Positions 20,464-29,969 of a stretch of DNA of 64,000 bases are shown one piece after another. A program made the translations under genes and the position numbers. Within the stretch, counting starts at the first letter, position 1; every line of letters starts with the position of its first letter. This DNA is from Candidatus Poribacteria bacterium (GTDB lineage Bacteria > Poribacteria > WGA-4E > WGA-3G): contig OZ251518.1 in assembly GCA_965242965.1 (NCBI GenBank), positions 3,328,001 to 3,392,000 on the forward strand. Direction: 5' to 3'. The notes beneath the pieces are model-generated. The model made no database searches, was not told the origin of the DNA, and saw only the letters and a program-made list of their open reading frames with translations.

Positions 20464-20491
20464 ATTATACCACATAAAAACCCTTTGTCAA
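20464..20491 (-). promoter_or_regulatory. Leftward consensus sigma70 promoter
   Basis: TTGACA-16-TATAAT with TGTGG extension. Confidence 0.6.
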
Positions 20492-20657
20492 ATTAATTCG
20501 ACCTAATTTTTCGGATAAAAATGCATTTTTGGGGAGAATCCGGTCTTTTTTTGCAAAAAGATGGCAGTTGCCTTCAATATTTCAGCGAGAGACACGGGAG
20601 GCAGTCCTAATGTTTCCTCGCCAATAAACCGCACTGCTGAAAAAAATCACAAAAAAT

Positions 20658-20686
20658 TTGACAAACGCAATTTTTTGTGGTATAAT
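20658..20686 (+). promoter_or_regulatory. rplM-rpsI promoter
   Basis: TTGACA-17-TATAAT, extended -10. Confidence 0.85.
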
Positions 20687-20753
20687 ACTATACAGAATTC
20701 TGTTGGCATGGGAATTCGCGAACGTATCCCTGCCACAAAAATGGACGTTCAAC

Positions 20754-21191
20754 ATGGTACTGAAAACGAAAACCTATTTTCCAAAGGCGGATAAAGAGAT
20801 CCAATGGTATGTGGTGGATGCAGAGGGACAGGTGCTTGGCAGGTTGGCATCGCGCATTGCACAGGTGCTGCGCGGGAAGCATCACCCGCGGTTTACACCG
20901 CACGCTGATCTCGGCTTTCGCGTCGCGGTGATTAACGCCGAGAAGGTTGTTGTCACAGGAGATAAACCCGCGCAGAAAACCTATTTCCGATACAGCGGTT
21001 ACCCCGGCGGCGACAAATACCGCACCTTTGCGGAACAGATGGCGGTGAAACCTGAATTCATTCTTATGAACGCTGTCAAAGGGATGCTGCCAAAGAATCG
21101 CCTCGGACAGCAACTGCTGAAGGGCCTGAAGGTTTACGCGGGCCCGAATCATCCGCATCAAGCACAGGCACCCGAAGCATTACCGCTTTAA
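20754..21191 (+). CDS. rplM: 50S ribosomal protein L13
   Basis: WYVVDAEGQVLGRLAS, LRGKH, YSGYPGG, AVKGMLPKNRLG, HPHQAQ. Confidence 0.97.
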   Translation: MVLKTKTYFPKADKEIQWYVVDAEGQVLGRLASRIAQVLRGKHHPRFTPHADLGFRVAVINAEKVVVTGDKPAQKTYFRYSGYPGGDKYRTFAEQMAVKPEFILMNAVKGMLPKNRLGQQLLKGLKVYAGPNHPHQAQAPEALPL

Positions 21192-21290
21192 CGGAAAACC
21201 TTGCGCGCTTGAAAACCGCGCCTACCGGGCTTGCATCGCGCTACACCGGCGGCACGTTTTGGAAACGCGCACGATAAGTGAGGAACCAGC

Positions 21291-21689
21291 ATGGCAACGA
21301 TTGAACAATACTGGGGAACCGGGCGGAGGAAGACAGCAGTCGCGCGCGTCCGAGTCATCCCCGGTGCAGGCGGCGACGTGCTCGTCAACAAGAAGCCCAT
21401 CTCGGAATATTTTGACCGCGCTGACCACGCGATAGTCGCTCAGCAGCCGATTACGCACGTCGAAAAAGTCGGCGAGTATGCCATTCGCGTCAACGTCAAA
21501 GGCGGCGGCAACACCGGGCAAGCCGGTGCGATTTCACACGGCCTCGCCCGCGCCCTCGTCAAAGCCGATGAATCCCTGAAACCCGCATTGAAACAGGGCG
21601 GCTTTTTGACACGCGACCCGAGAATGGTGGAACGCAAGAAATACGGGCAGAAAGGCGCGCGCGCCCGGTACCAGTTCTCAAAACGTTAG
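21291..21689 (+). CDS. rpsI: 30S ribosomal protein S9
   Basis: GTGRRKTAVARV, GGGNTGQAGA, TRDPRMVERKK, QFSKR. Confidence 0.98.
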   Translation: MATIEQYWGTGRRKTAVARVRVIPGAGGDVLVNKKPISEYFDRADHAIVAQQPITHVEKVGEYAIRVNVKGGGNTGQAGAISHGLARALVKADESLKPALKQGGFLTRDPRMVERKKYGQKGARARYQFSKR

Positions 21690-21814
21690 GAAGGACAGCA
21701 CGGACACGAGACGTTCTCACACCGGCGGCGCGATTGCAAACCGCGCCTACCGGCAGAATACGGATGTTGTGTCCACCGGTTGGCATCAAGTGCCAGCCCG
21801 AAAAAAGGATGCGT

Positions 21815-23107
21815 ATGTCAAACCTTGTCATTTTAGGTGCGCAGTGGGGCGATGAGAGTAAGGGGAAACTCACCGATGTCTTCGCGGAAAACGCCGACAT
21901 TGTCGCACGCTATCAGGGCGGCGATAACGCCGGCCATACCATCGTCCTCGGCGATAAAACTTTTATCCTCCATCTCATTCCCTCCGGTATCCTCCGGTCC
22001 GAAACCGTCAACGTCATCGGCAACGGCGTTGTCGTGAATCTGGAGACGCTTTTCGGCGAAATCGACCGGTTGCAGGCGCAAGGCATCGCTGTCAGCAGCG
22101 AAAACCTAAAAATCAGCGACCGGGCGCATCTCATCTTGCCTTATCATAAGGCAGTTGAACACTGGGAGCAGATGGGCAGCGGCACGAAAATCGGCACTAC
22201 CGCCCGCGGCATCGGGCCGACTTACGCCGATAAGATGAACCGACACGCCGGCATCCGCGTCGCTGATCTGCTGGAGTTTGACCATTTTCGGAAGAAACTG
22301 GACTATAATCTGGACACAAAAGCGGAGGCACTCCAAATCGGTGGCGTGGATGCGCACCGCCTGCTTGAAACTTACCGTGGTTACGCCGAACGCCTCGCGC
22401 CTTATGTGACAGATACCGTCGCCTTCATGCACGACGCGCTCGCGGCGGAAAAACGCATTCTCCTTGAAGGCGCGCAGGGAACGATGCTAGACATTGACTT
22501 CGGCACCTATCCTTACGTCACATCGTCAAACTGCACAGCCGGCGCAGTCTCCACCGGACTCGGCATTGGGCCGAAGGCGATTGACGAGGTGATGGGCGTT
22601 TCAAAGGCGTATGTCACGCGCGTCGGCGGCGGGCCGTTTCCAACCGAAATGGAACCGGATTTAGATGAAAAGATTCGGGACATCGGTAAGGAATACGGGG
22701 CGACAACACAGCGGCCCAGACGCTGCGGCTGGCTGGATCTGGTTGCACTCCGTTATGCAACGCGCATTAATGGGTTCACTTCCATTGCAATGACGAAATT
22801 GGACGTATTTGACACGCTTGAGGAACTCCAGGTCTGCGTCGCCTATCGCTATCAAGGGAAGGAGATAACGACTTTTCCGAGTAGCCTGCAGGTACTGGAA
22901 CAGTGCGAACCTGTCTATGAGACGTTGCCCGGGTGGCAGCAGCCGCTCACTGAGGCACGCTCGCCGGAAGAAATTCCATCGCGCACAAAAGACTATGTCG
23001 CTTACGCGGCGGCGTATCTCAACGTCCCAATTCCGATTATCTCCGTCGGCCCGGACAGAGAGCAGATTGTGACTTTGGATGCATCGCACGTCGATTTCCT
23101 TCGGTAG
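21815..23107 (+). CDS. purA: Adenylosuccinate synthetase
   Basis: GAQWGDESKGK, QGGDNAGHT, EGAQG, GTYPYVTSS, RPRRCGWLD. Confidence 0.97.
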   Translation: MSNLVILGAQWGDESKGKLTDVFAENADIVARYQGGDNAGHTIVLGDKTFILHLIPSGILRSETVNVIGNGVVVNLETLFGEIDRLQAQGIAVSSENLKISDRAHLILPYHKAVEHWEQMGSGTKIGTTARGIGPTYADKMNRHAGIRVADLLEFDHFRKKLDYNLDTKAEALQIGGVDAHRLLETYRGYAERLAPYVTDTVAFMHDALAAEKRILLEGAQGTMLDIDFGTYPYVTSSNCTAGAVSTGLGIGPKAIDEVMGVSKAYVTRVGGGPFPTEMEPDLDEKIRDIGKEYGATTQRPRRCGWLDLVALRYATRINGFTSIAMTKLDVFDTLEELQVCVAYRYQGKEITTFPSSLQVLEQCEPVYETLPGWQQPLTEARSPEEIPSRTKDYVAYAAAYLNVPIPIISVGPDREQIVTLDASHVDFLR

Positions 23108-23195
23108 GAGAGACATCCTTGTCTCGACTCCCCCTGGTAGGAGAGACATCCTTGTCTCGACTTCCCCGGTAGGAGAGCCCTCCCGCGTCTCGATT
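23104..23195 (+). repeat. Three tandem C-family REPs; the first provides the purA TAG stop
   Basis: gtaggagagacatccttgtctcgac x2 and gtaggagagccctcccgcgtctcgat. Confidence 0.8.
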
Positions 23196-23270
23196 TCTGC
23201 ACTCCCGGGCGCGATTACGGCGATTAACATCAAAAAAATGTGAAAAAATGAATTTTTTTTACATTTTAAT

Positions 23271-23299
23271 TTGACATCTGCCAAATTTTGTGGTATAAT
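23271..23299 (+). promoter_or_regulatory. tRNA operon promoter
   Basis: TTGACA-17-TATAAT, extended -10, AT-rich UP element. Confidence 0.85.
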
Positions 23300-23320
23300 T
23301 AAAACGTATTGTCAAAAGAT

Positions 23321-23396
23321 GAGCCGTTAGCTCAGCAGGTAGAGCATCTGACTTTTAATCAGGTGGTCACAGGTTCGATCCCTGTACGGCTCACCA
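23321..23396 (+). tRNA. tRNA-Lys (TTT)
   Basis: Cloverleaf GAGCCGT...ACGGCTC-A-CCA; anticodon loop CTTTTAA; GGTTCGATCC T-arm. Confidence 0.97.
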
Positions 23397-23399
23397 TTT

Positions 23400-23474
23400 G
23401 CCCCCGTCGTCTAGCCTGGCCAAGGACACCGCCCTTTCACGGCGGCGACACGAGTTCAAATCTCGTCGGGGGTA
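23400..23474 (+). tRNA. tRNA-Glu (TTC), CCA not encoded
   Basis: GCCCCCG...CGGGGGT-A; anticodon arm CCGCC-CTTTCAC-GGCGG; GAGTTCAAATCTC. Confidence 0.95.
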
Positions 23475-23511
23475 TCCCACACTTGCAGATTCTCTCATGG
23501 TTTTCTCCTGA

Positions 23512-23552
23512 AGCAGTCAAGCCTCGATAGACATCGGGGCTTGACTGTTTTT
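23512..23552 (+). terminator. Rho-independent terminator of the tRNA operon
   Basis: agcagtcaagcctcgat...atcggggcttgactg followed by ttttt. Confidence 0.85.
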
Positions 23553-23617
23553 GCGTGCTCGTGTAAAAACCGTTTCATGCTATAATCCCCATAAACCGTC
23601 TCAAGGAGAGTCAAAAT

Positions 23618-23913
23618 GAGGGTGTTTCATAAATCGCTCAACGTCGCGGGGACAGGCCCCGCGCTACAGTGGAAAAAACGCCTCACCTTCACGTAGGGCG
23701 AGGGCCCTCGGATGCCACACGCGCATCCGAGCGGGTTTCCCTCGCCATGCGTTTGGCTGGCAGAGCGCATCACTCCTGTAGGTCAAGATCGCCTGATCTT
23801 GACCCGTTCGGGAGCGGGCGCTCCCGAACTACAGAGGTGGGCCCGATGCCTGCCGGTATTCGCCCGCCCTCCAAGGCGAGATAACTACCGAAACGGAGTT
23901 ATGAAACACCCTC
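23618..23913. mobile_element. TIR/REP MITE-like element (296 bp)
   Basis: Both TIRs intact; perfect 9-bp TSD AGTCAAAAT. Confidence 0.9.
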
Positions 23914-23922
23914 AGTCAAAAT

Positions 23923-25476
23923 ATGCCGATGCAGCGTTCGCTTTTGTCGCTCCTATGCCTATGCGCCATCTTCGCGCCCATTTTCACCCTTTATCCGGAG
24001 CCGCCAGTCGCGTCGCTTCACGGCACGTTCGTTGATGCCGAAAACCGGCAGCCCATCGCTGGGATCCTCGTGCGCGTCGCATCAGAGAAGCGCGATAGCG
24101 TCTATCCCGATAGGGACTTCGCGCGCGAGACAGAGACAGCTGCAGACGGCACTTTTTCTCTCACCACACCGAACGATGCCCAAAACTATTACGCCTTCTC
24201 CATCATGGCACTCCATTCCCGCTATCAGGCGCGGCTGTGGCGGTTTGAGATGTCTCCCGACAAAAATCGGTATGACTTGGGTGAAATGACGATGAGAAAG
24301 GTGCTGACGTTGCAGGGCAGCGTTGTCGGTGCTTCGCAACCGCGCCGGGGATGCGTCGTTCGTTTAAAAATGCACGCGAAATCAGCGGAATTCTTCCGTG
24401 CCGCCGCGCAACCCGAACTCACAACGGAAACCGATACCCAAGGCAACTTCGTCTTCACAGAACTCTACCAGATCGAATATACCTTGACAATTTCTGAAAA
24501 TAACGTTATCATAGGGTATATAGAGTCGGTTTATCCGCAAAACAGAGAACGGCTCACGGTGCAGTTGCCGAAGTTGGAGACGTTACACGGCACGGTTGTC
24601 GATGCGCAAGGGCATCCGCTCCCAGAAGCACAACTTTACGCGATGCGGCTCAGCGAAACACCGCACGGACACGGTGCCCTTCTCGCTGTCACCGAAACCG
24701 ATGCCAACGGCAAGTTTCAGATGGAAGTGCTTGAAACTGCACCGAATCTGCTCAGCGTGGAGATAGGCAAAAAAGGCTATTTTACCACCGGCTATGAAAA
24801 CGTTGATATTGGCGAGAAACCGCTTCTTGTCACGCTTGAAAAAGGGGTGACGCTTACGGGAAGTGTGATTTTGCCAGCCAATGTCGCCAGTGATGGACAC
24901 TACGCGGTTAAGATATTTCCGGCGGACATCCCGCTTCAGCCGACGCTGCATCCGATGGCGTTACTGACACCGCTCCTTACCAAGCGGTTTCCCGTAACCG
25001 AAACGACATTCACGATAGAGGGACTCTTTGCGGAAAAATACGCCGTATATGTCGTCGGTGATGGCATCGCAGCTGCAAGTGTAGAGGTGGATGCCGCCGC
25101 CGATACAACCGCTCTCCTCACAGCCAATGCGCCGACGAAGAGACTGCAGGGATATGTCTATTGGGCAGATACGGGTGAACCGGTGCGCAACGCGCTCATC
25201 ACGCGTTCATGGTATCCGTGGGAACTGGATACCTACGATATGTCCATGACGCTGGAGCGGTTTGAAACCGAAACCGATGCTCAGGGACAATTTCAATTTG
25301 AAAACGTGACGGAGGGGCATTATCAGCTGCGCATCCGGGCAGTCAACGCCGCGCGAGACGAAACAACTGGCAGTTATCAACGGATGCTGATTCAGAAACT
25401 GGTTGATATTCCTGCCTGCGGGAACATCTATCACATTTATGTCGGAAGAAAAGATGGCATTCCTGTTAATCCGTAG
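23923..25476 (+). CDS. Secreted protein with repeated carboxypeptidase-regulatory-like (Ig/CnaB) domains
   Basis: Repeats LHGTVVDA.G.P...ETD..G.F; N-terminal signal. Confidence 0.8.
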   Translation: MPMQRSLLSLLCLCAIFAPIFTLYPEPPVASLHGTFVDAENRQPIAGILVRVASEKRDSVYPDRDFARETETAADGTFSLTTPNDAQNYYAFSIMALHSRYQARLWRFEMSPDKNRYDLGEMTMRKVLTLQGSVVGASQPRRGCVVRLKMHAKSAEFFRAAAQPELTTETDTQGNFVFTELYQIEYTLTISENNVIIGYIESVYPQNRERLTVQLPKLETLHGTVVDAQGHPLPEAQLYAMRLSETPHGHGALLAVTETDANGKFQMEVLETAPNLLSVEIGKKGYFTTGYENVDIGEKPLLVTLEKGVTLTGSVILPANVASDGHYAVKIFPADIPLQPTLHPMALLTPLLTKRFPVTETTFTIEGLFAEKYAVYVVGDGIAAASVEVDAAADTTALLTANAPTKRLQGYVYWADTGEPVRNALITRSWYPWELDTYDMSMTLERFETETDAQGQFQFENVTEGHYQLRIRAVNAARDETTGSYQRMLIQKLVDIPACGNIYHIYVGRKDGIPVNP

Positions 25477-25587
25477 GAGAAACCGCCTGTTAACCCGTAG
25501 GAGAGACCTCCTGGTCTCGACAAACACCGGTAGGAGAGACCTCCCGGTCTCGATGCTTCATATCGCGATACGGAGACAAAAAGAACC

Positions 25588-26262
25588 ATGAGACTGTTTA
25601 TCGGCTTCTGCATCGCCGCTATCTTCATAGCCGCCACCTTCGCGGCGGCCTGGCACGATGACTTTACCGCGCCTGGCGAAAAAGAGGGTGCGTGGCAACA
25701 AGAAGGCAACGAATCCGCTTGGACGTTTGAAAACGGCGTGTTAAAGGCAGAGACGCGTCCCCAAAAATTGTTCGGCACGCTGGTGGAGCATCTGCGCTTC
25801 GCCGCGATTTCCGCGCCTTACGAGGAATTCACCGTCATCCTCCACAATGCTGGCGCGGAACATGCACACTTCGGCATCGCGCTCGCGAAACACTTTGGAA
25901 ACGACGAAACGGAAGATACGGGGTATTATCTCTTTTTTACCAATGACATGCGCGTCTCCCGAAACGGAAAAGTGCTAGTCGGCGATGGAAACCGTTGGAA
26001 CTCCGATGAACTTGAACAGCTGGAAGTGCGGTTTCATGCCGGGCGGTTTCAACTGTTCGGCGATGGTGAAGCGCGCCTTGATTTCAAAGATGCCAACTTC
26101 GATAGGATTGACAGCATCAGCCTTGTCCTCGCCAGTTTTGTCCAAGACGATGGCAAAATCGGAAAAGCATGGGCAGATGCATTTACGTTTTCTAGTCCTG
26201 CACTAGACGTGTCTTCCAAAGGAAAATTAGCGATGACATGGGGCTCCCTCAAGCGTCAGTAA
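25588..26262 (+). CDS. Secreted concanavalin/LamG-like protein with C-terminal KLAxTWGxLK motif (paralog 1)
   Basis: Signal peptide; WHDDF; ends LDVSSKGKLAMTWGSLKRQ. Confidence 0.75.
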   Translation: MRLFIGFCIAAIFIAATFAAAWHDDFTAPGEKEGAWQQEGNESAWTFENGVLKAETRPQKLFGTLVEHLRFAAISAPYEEFTVILHNAGAEHAHFGIALAKHFGNDETEDTGYYLFFTNDMRVSRNGKVLVGDGNRWNSDELEQLEVRFHAGRFQLFGDGEARLDFKDANFDRIDSISLVLASFVQDDGKIGKAWADAFTFSSPALDVSSKGKLAMTWGSLKRQ

Positions 26263-26276
26263 CGGAGGAGAGGAAA

Positions 26277-26594
26277 ATGAACCCAGAAGAATTGCGCAAA
26301 CTCATTGCCGATGAGATTGGCAAAGCTGTCAAAGCGGAAGTCGCTGAAGCACTCAAACCTATTGAAGTCGCGATAACCGAAGTGAAAATCGAACAAACGC
26401 GGCTCAACGCCATTTTCGAGATGCACATCGCCCACACCGCCGAACGCAAGGCGGATGCAGAAACAGCCAAAGCACAGCAAAAGGCAGAGACTACAGAACG
26501 GTGGAAGATTGCCGCCATTCTCTCTGCTATCGGGTTTAGTGTCATCTTGCTCCTCAATCAGATTTTCGGTTGGTTCGGCAAGCACGGCAACTGA
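26277..26594 (+). CDS. Small coiled-coil protein with C-terminal transmembrane anchor
   Basis: RBS ggaggag; heptad-like helix, then WKIAAILSAIGFSVILLL. Confidence 0.7.
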   Translation: MNPEELRKLIADEIGKAVKAEVAEALKPIEVAITEVKIEQTRLNAIFEMHIAHTAERKADAETAKAQQKAETTERWKIAAILSAIGFSVILLLNQIFGWFGKHGN

Positions 26595-26598
26595 AACT

Positions 26599-26854
26599 GA
26601 GGGGATTTCATAAATCGTCCAACGTCGCGGTGACAGGTCTCGCGCTACGGTAAAAAAACGCAGCTCCTTCACGTAGGGCGTGGGCCCTCGCATGCCACAC
26701 GCGCATGCGAGCGGGTTTCCCTCGCCATCGCTCGCGCGCCAGGCCTGTAGGTCAAGATCGCCTAATCTTGACCCGTTCGGGATCGGGCGATCCCGAACTA
26801 CAGAGGTGGGCCCGATGCGCTTCCCCTCAAGGGATAAATTTATGAAACCCCCTC
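26599..26854. mobile_element. TIR/REP MITE-like element (256 bp)
   Basis: gaggggatttcataaat...atttatgaaaccccctc; 10-bp TSD AACTGAAACT/AACTAAAACT. Confidence 0.8.
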
Positions 26855-26893
26855 AACTAAAACTGCCTCGACACACGGACAAGAGAAAGACTC

Positions 26894-27643
26894 ATGCGAA
26901 AAATTTACACATACCAAGACATCTTGTTTGCAGCACTCTTACCTGCAGTCATCCTTGGGATAGCGTTGTGGAATACCCACGCGCGCGCCCGCCTCAATCA
27001 GGGTGAAACGGCAGAACCTCGTGATGCAGGTGCATACTATCGAACGCCAGGGCGAAATGGACAATGGTTCGGCCCCGAAGTCAATTCCCTCACGCTGTGT
27101 CCCGGTGTCCATAACCCCTATAACAACCGTGGGTTTTTTGATATTCCCGAGATAATAGAACGCGCAGAGGTGGCACCGTCTCGCATCCGCGGCGCGTTAT
27201 ATTGGCATCGCGCACAGCGGTGGTATTTCGCCACCGACCGGACACCGTGGGGCACTAACTACGCTTATATCACACTCCGCGATGACCTGGGATGGAGTGA
27301 AATCAACGCAGGGAGCGGCACAACGGGATACCCGTGGAGCGGCGTGGAGAGACACTGGCGCGATGGCCGGATTATCCGCGCGCAGGCAACTGTCACCGGC
27401 TGGCGACGGTATGCCCGCGGGCAGGAACGCTGGATTTGCCCGATGTATTACAAAATCGGCGGATGGGAAGACGAAAGCATTGAGGTGCATTGCAAAACCT
27501 TGAAAACGTGGTTTCCACCCGATTGGGATGTCCTGAAACAGAAAGATGGCGACTTCGGGCCGCCGATGGAACGCAAACCCGGCGTGCTCAGCCGCAGAGG
27601 AAAAAAGACGAAGCGGTGGTATGATTGCATCAAAATTAACTGA
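26894..27643 (+). CDS. Trp/Arg-rich exported hypothetical protein
   Basis: 249-aa ORF with N-terminal hydrophobic segment. Confidence 0.6.
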   Translation: MRKIYTYQDILFAALLPAVILGIALWNTHARARLNQGETAEPRDAGAYYRTPGRNGQWFGPEVNSLTLCPGVHNPYNNRGFFDIPEIIERAEVAPSRIRGALYWHRAQRWYFATDRTPWGTNYAYITLRDDLGWSEINAGSGTTGYPWSGVERHWRDGRIIRAQATVTGWRRYARGQERWICPMYYKIGGWEDESIEVHCKTLKTWFPPDWDVLKQKDGDFGPPMERKPGVLSRRGKKTKRWYDCIKIN

Positions 27644-27651
27644 TTTTCCCC

Positions 27652-28405
27652 GGTAGGAGAGACCTCCCGGTCTCGATTTTTCCGTAGCGCGGGGCCCTCG
27701 GATGCCATACGCGCATCCGAGCGGGTTTCCCCCGAGATCTCCATCGTCAAGAGGTGGCGTTTTAGCTCCTACTCCCCTCTCTGTAGTTTGTGCTCGCCTG
27801 ATCGCAAACGAGTCAGATCGCTTAGTCTCTGGGCTGCGGGGGTTTTTCGCCGAGGTCGGTAGATCGCGGGGGACAGGCCCCCGCGCTACGGTAACAAATA
27901 AGAAATCGGCCCCGTTCACCGTAGGGCGAGGGACAGGCCCTCGCTATGCCTAAGGTCCTTTAAGTCCTTAATGTCTATAGATGAGCGGGATGAACAGCAT
28001 CCTAAGGTCCTTTAGGTCCTTAATATGATTTTTCACGTTTTGTCTCCCGCACATTAAGGTCCTAACGGACCTTGAAAAGTTTGGCAGACCGGGGTTGCTA
28101 TAGACATGCAGGTCTTAAAAGACCTGAAGAGGTCTCCATTGCAAAAGGAATGCTCGTTGCGCAGGAGATAATCCTGTAAATCGTGTGAATCTTGTGAATC
28201 CTGCTAATGATTTGCCTCGCCAAGAGGTTCCTAATCTTGGAAATCTTGGAAATCTTGGAAATCCTGCTTCAGACAACTAAGATCGCGGGGGACAGGCCCC
28301 CGCGCTACGTCATAAGCAGCGGTTTTTGATGCACCGGGGGACAGGCCCCCGCGCTACGAACTACGGACATTTGAGGCATCGAGACCAGGAGGTCTCTCCT
28401 ATCGG
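27652..28405. repeat. Mixed repeat cluster (REP A/B/C/D, aaggtcct palindromes, aatcttgga 9-mers)
   Basis: Direct reading; 28215-28300 matches 2585-2680. Confidence 0.85.
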
Positions 28406-28456
28406 GGACATCGCTGGCATCAAGACAGGGACAGCGCACCAGGAAAGAAGACTACC

Positions 28457-29161
28457 ATGAAAAAGATGATTCTTGTCTCCCTTTATACGATTATCTGCCT
28501 ATCCATCTCACCCACTTTTGCCGAGGTGTGGCACGACGATTTTGAGGTAGAAAACCCTGAAGCGTGGAAAATCGTCGGGAATCCCAACATCTGGAAAATC
28601 GCCGATGGGTTCCTCCGCGCTGAAGTCAAACGCGAATGGGAGTTGGACTACGAACTCTATCGATTTCAGGCACTCCCCGCGCCCTATACGCATTTCACCG
28701 TGACGCTTAACGACTTCGGTGGTGACAGAACGCGATTCGGGTTCGCCCTCGGCAAAAGTTTCCCTGATACGCCCGAAGATGACGCGTTTTTCTACGTCTT
28801 TTTCACGGATGAAATCCGAGCGAGGCGATTTAATGGCAAGGGGAGCAGTCATCCGTTTCGGCTGCGCGTCTCCAGAGAACCGCGAACGCGCTGGGATACG
28901 GAGGCACTGACGCAATTGGAATTGCATTTTCGCGTCGGGCATTTTGAGGTGTATGCCGATGGCGTATTCCGCGCCGAATTCCGAGATGCCAATTTTGACA
29001 AAATCGAGACGCTCGGTTTCGTCATGGAAGGCATTAACGTCGCGAACGAATGGGAAGGCACGGCGTGGGTGGATGCGTTTACCATTTCCGGTCCGACGCT
29101 TGCCGTTTCGCCCAAAGCCAAATTGGCGACGACTTGGGGAAGTCTCAAAACAGGAAAATAA
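28457..29161 (+). CDS. Secreted concanavalin/LamG-like protein with KLATTWGSLK tail (paralog 2)
   Basis: Signal peptide; WHDDF; ends LAVSPKAKLATTWGSLKTGK. Confidence 0.8.
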   Translation: MKKMILVSLYTIICLSISPTFAEVWHDDFEVENPEAWKIVGNPNIWKIADGFLRAEVKREWELDYELYRFQALPAPYTHFTVTLNDFGGDRTRFGFALGKSFPDTPEDDAFFYVFFTDEIRARRFNGKGSSHPFRLRVSREPRTRWDTEALTQLELHFRVGHFEVYADGVFRAEFRDANFDKIETLGFVMEGINVANEWEGTAWVDAFTISGPTLAVSPKAKLATTWGSLKTGK

Positions 29162-29192
29162 ACCCCAACTTTTCAAAGGAGACTGCTGAATC

Positions 29193-29969
29193 GTGAAACC
29201 TATCGTCAACGTTTTGAGACTGGCAGCACTCGTTTCTCTCGTTATTGGGATGGGGGCTGTGCTGGCGGAAGCAGGAACCTGGCGCGACACTTTCCAGACT
29301 CCCAAAAAAGACGACTGGGAACTCTGGGGCGAAGATTCCACATGGAATGTGCAGGATGGATTTTTGAGGACAGAGATTCAGACGCAAGATACGGCGCGAT
29401 ATGAACTGCTCCAATTCAAGGCACTTCCAGGCCCCTATGGACACTTTGAAACCACCTTCAACAACCGCCTCATCAATAGATGGGTAAAAAGGCCAGGGTA
29501 TGAAGACTTCGTCATTACCGTTGAAGACCTTGGGAGTGAAGCGGCGAGTTTCGGTATCGCCTTGGGAAAACTGTTTCCAGAAGTGCGGCCGGATAAGCCG
29601 TTTTTCTATCTCTTTTTTACCGAAGTGATAGAAGCCCGTATTTTTAACGGTGGTGGGGGTATTCTTCCATTTCGGCGGCGGATACCGCGGCACCCAGGCA
29701 CCTTTTGGAATACTTGGGCACTCAAAAAGATGGAAATCCGTTTTCATGCAGGCCACTTTTTGATGCACGCCAATGGTGAGTTACGCGCCGATTTCCATGA
29801 CCCGGGGTTTTCCCCGATTGAGATTATCGGTTTTGTCATCGTCGGCTCGGAAAACGCCGTGGGCACTGCATGGGCAGATGCATTCACGATTACCGGCCCC
29901 GCGCTGGACGTGTCACCTAACGCCAAATTAGCAACAACCTGGGGGACACTCAAGAAACGGAGGAAATAA
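29193..29969 (+). CDS. Secreted concanavalin/LamG-like protein with KLATTWGTLK tail (paralog 3)
   Basis: Signal peptide; WRDTF; ends LDVSPNAKLATTWGTLKKRRK. Confidence 0.8.
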   Translation: MKPIVNVLRLAALVSLVIGMGAVLAEAGTWRDTFQTPKKDDWELWGEDSTWNVQDGFLRTEIQTQDTARYELLQFKALPGPYGHFETTFNNRLINRWVKRPGYEDFVITVEDLGSEAASFGIALGKLFPEVRPDKPFFYLFFTEVIEARIFNGGGGILPFRRRIPRHPGTFWNTWALKKMEIRFHAGHFLMHANGELRADFHDPGFSPIEIIGFVIVGSENAVGTAWADAFTITGPALDVSPNAKLATTWGTLKKRRK

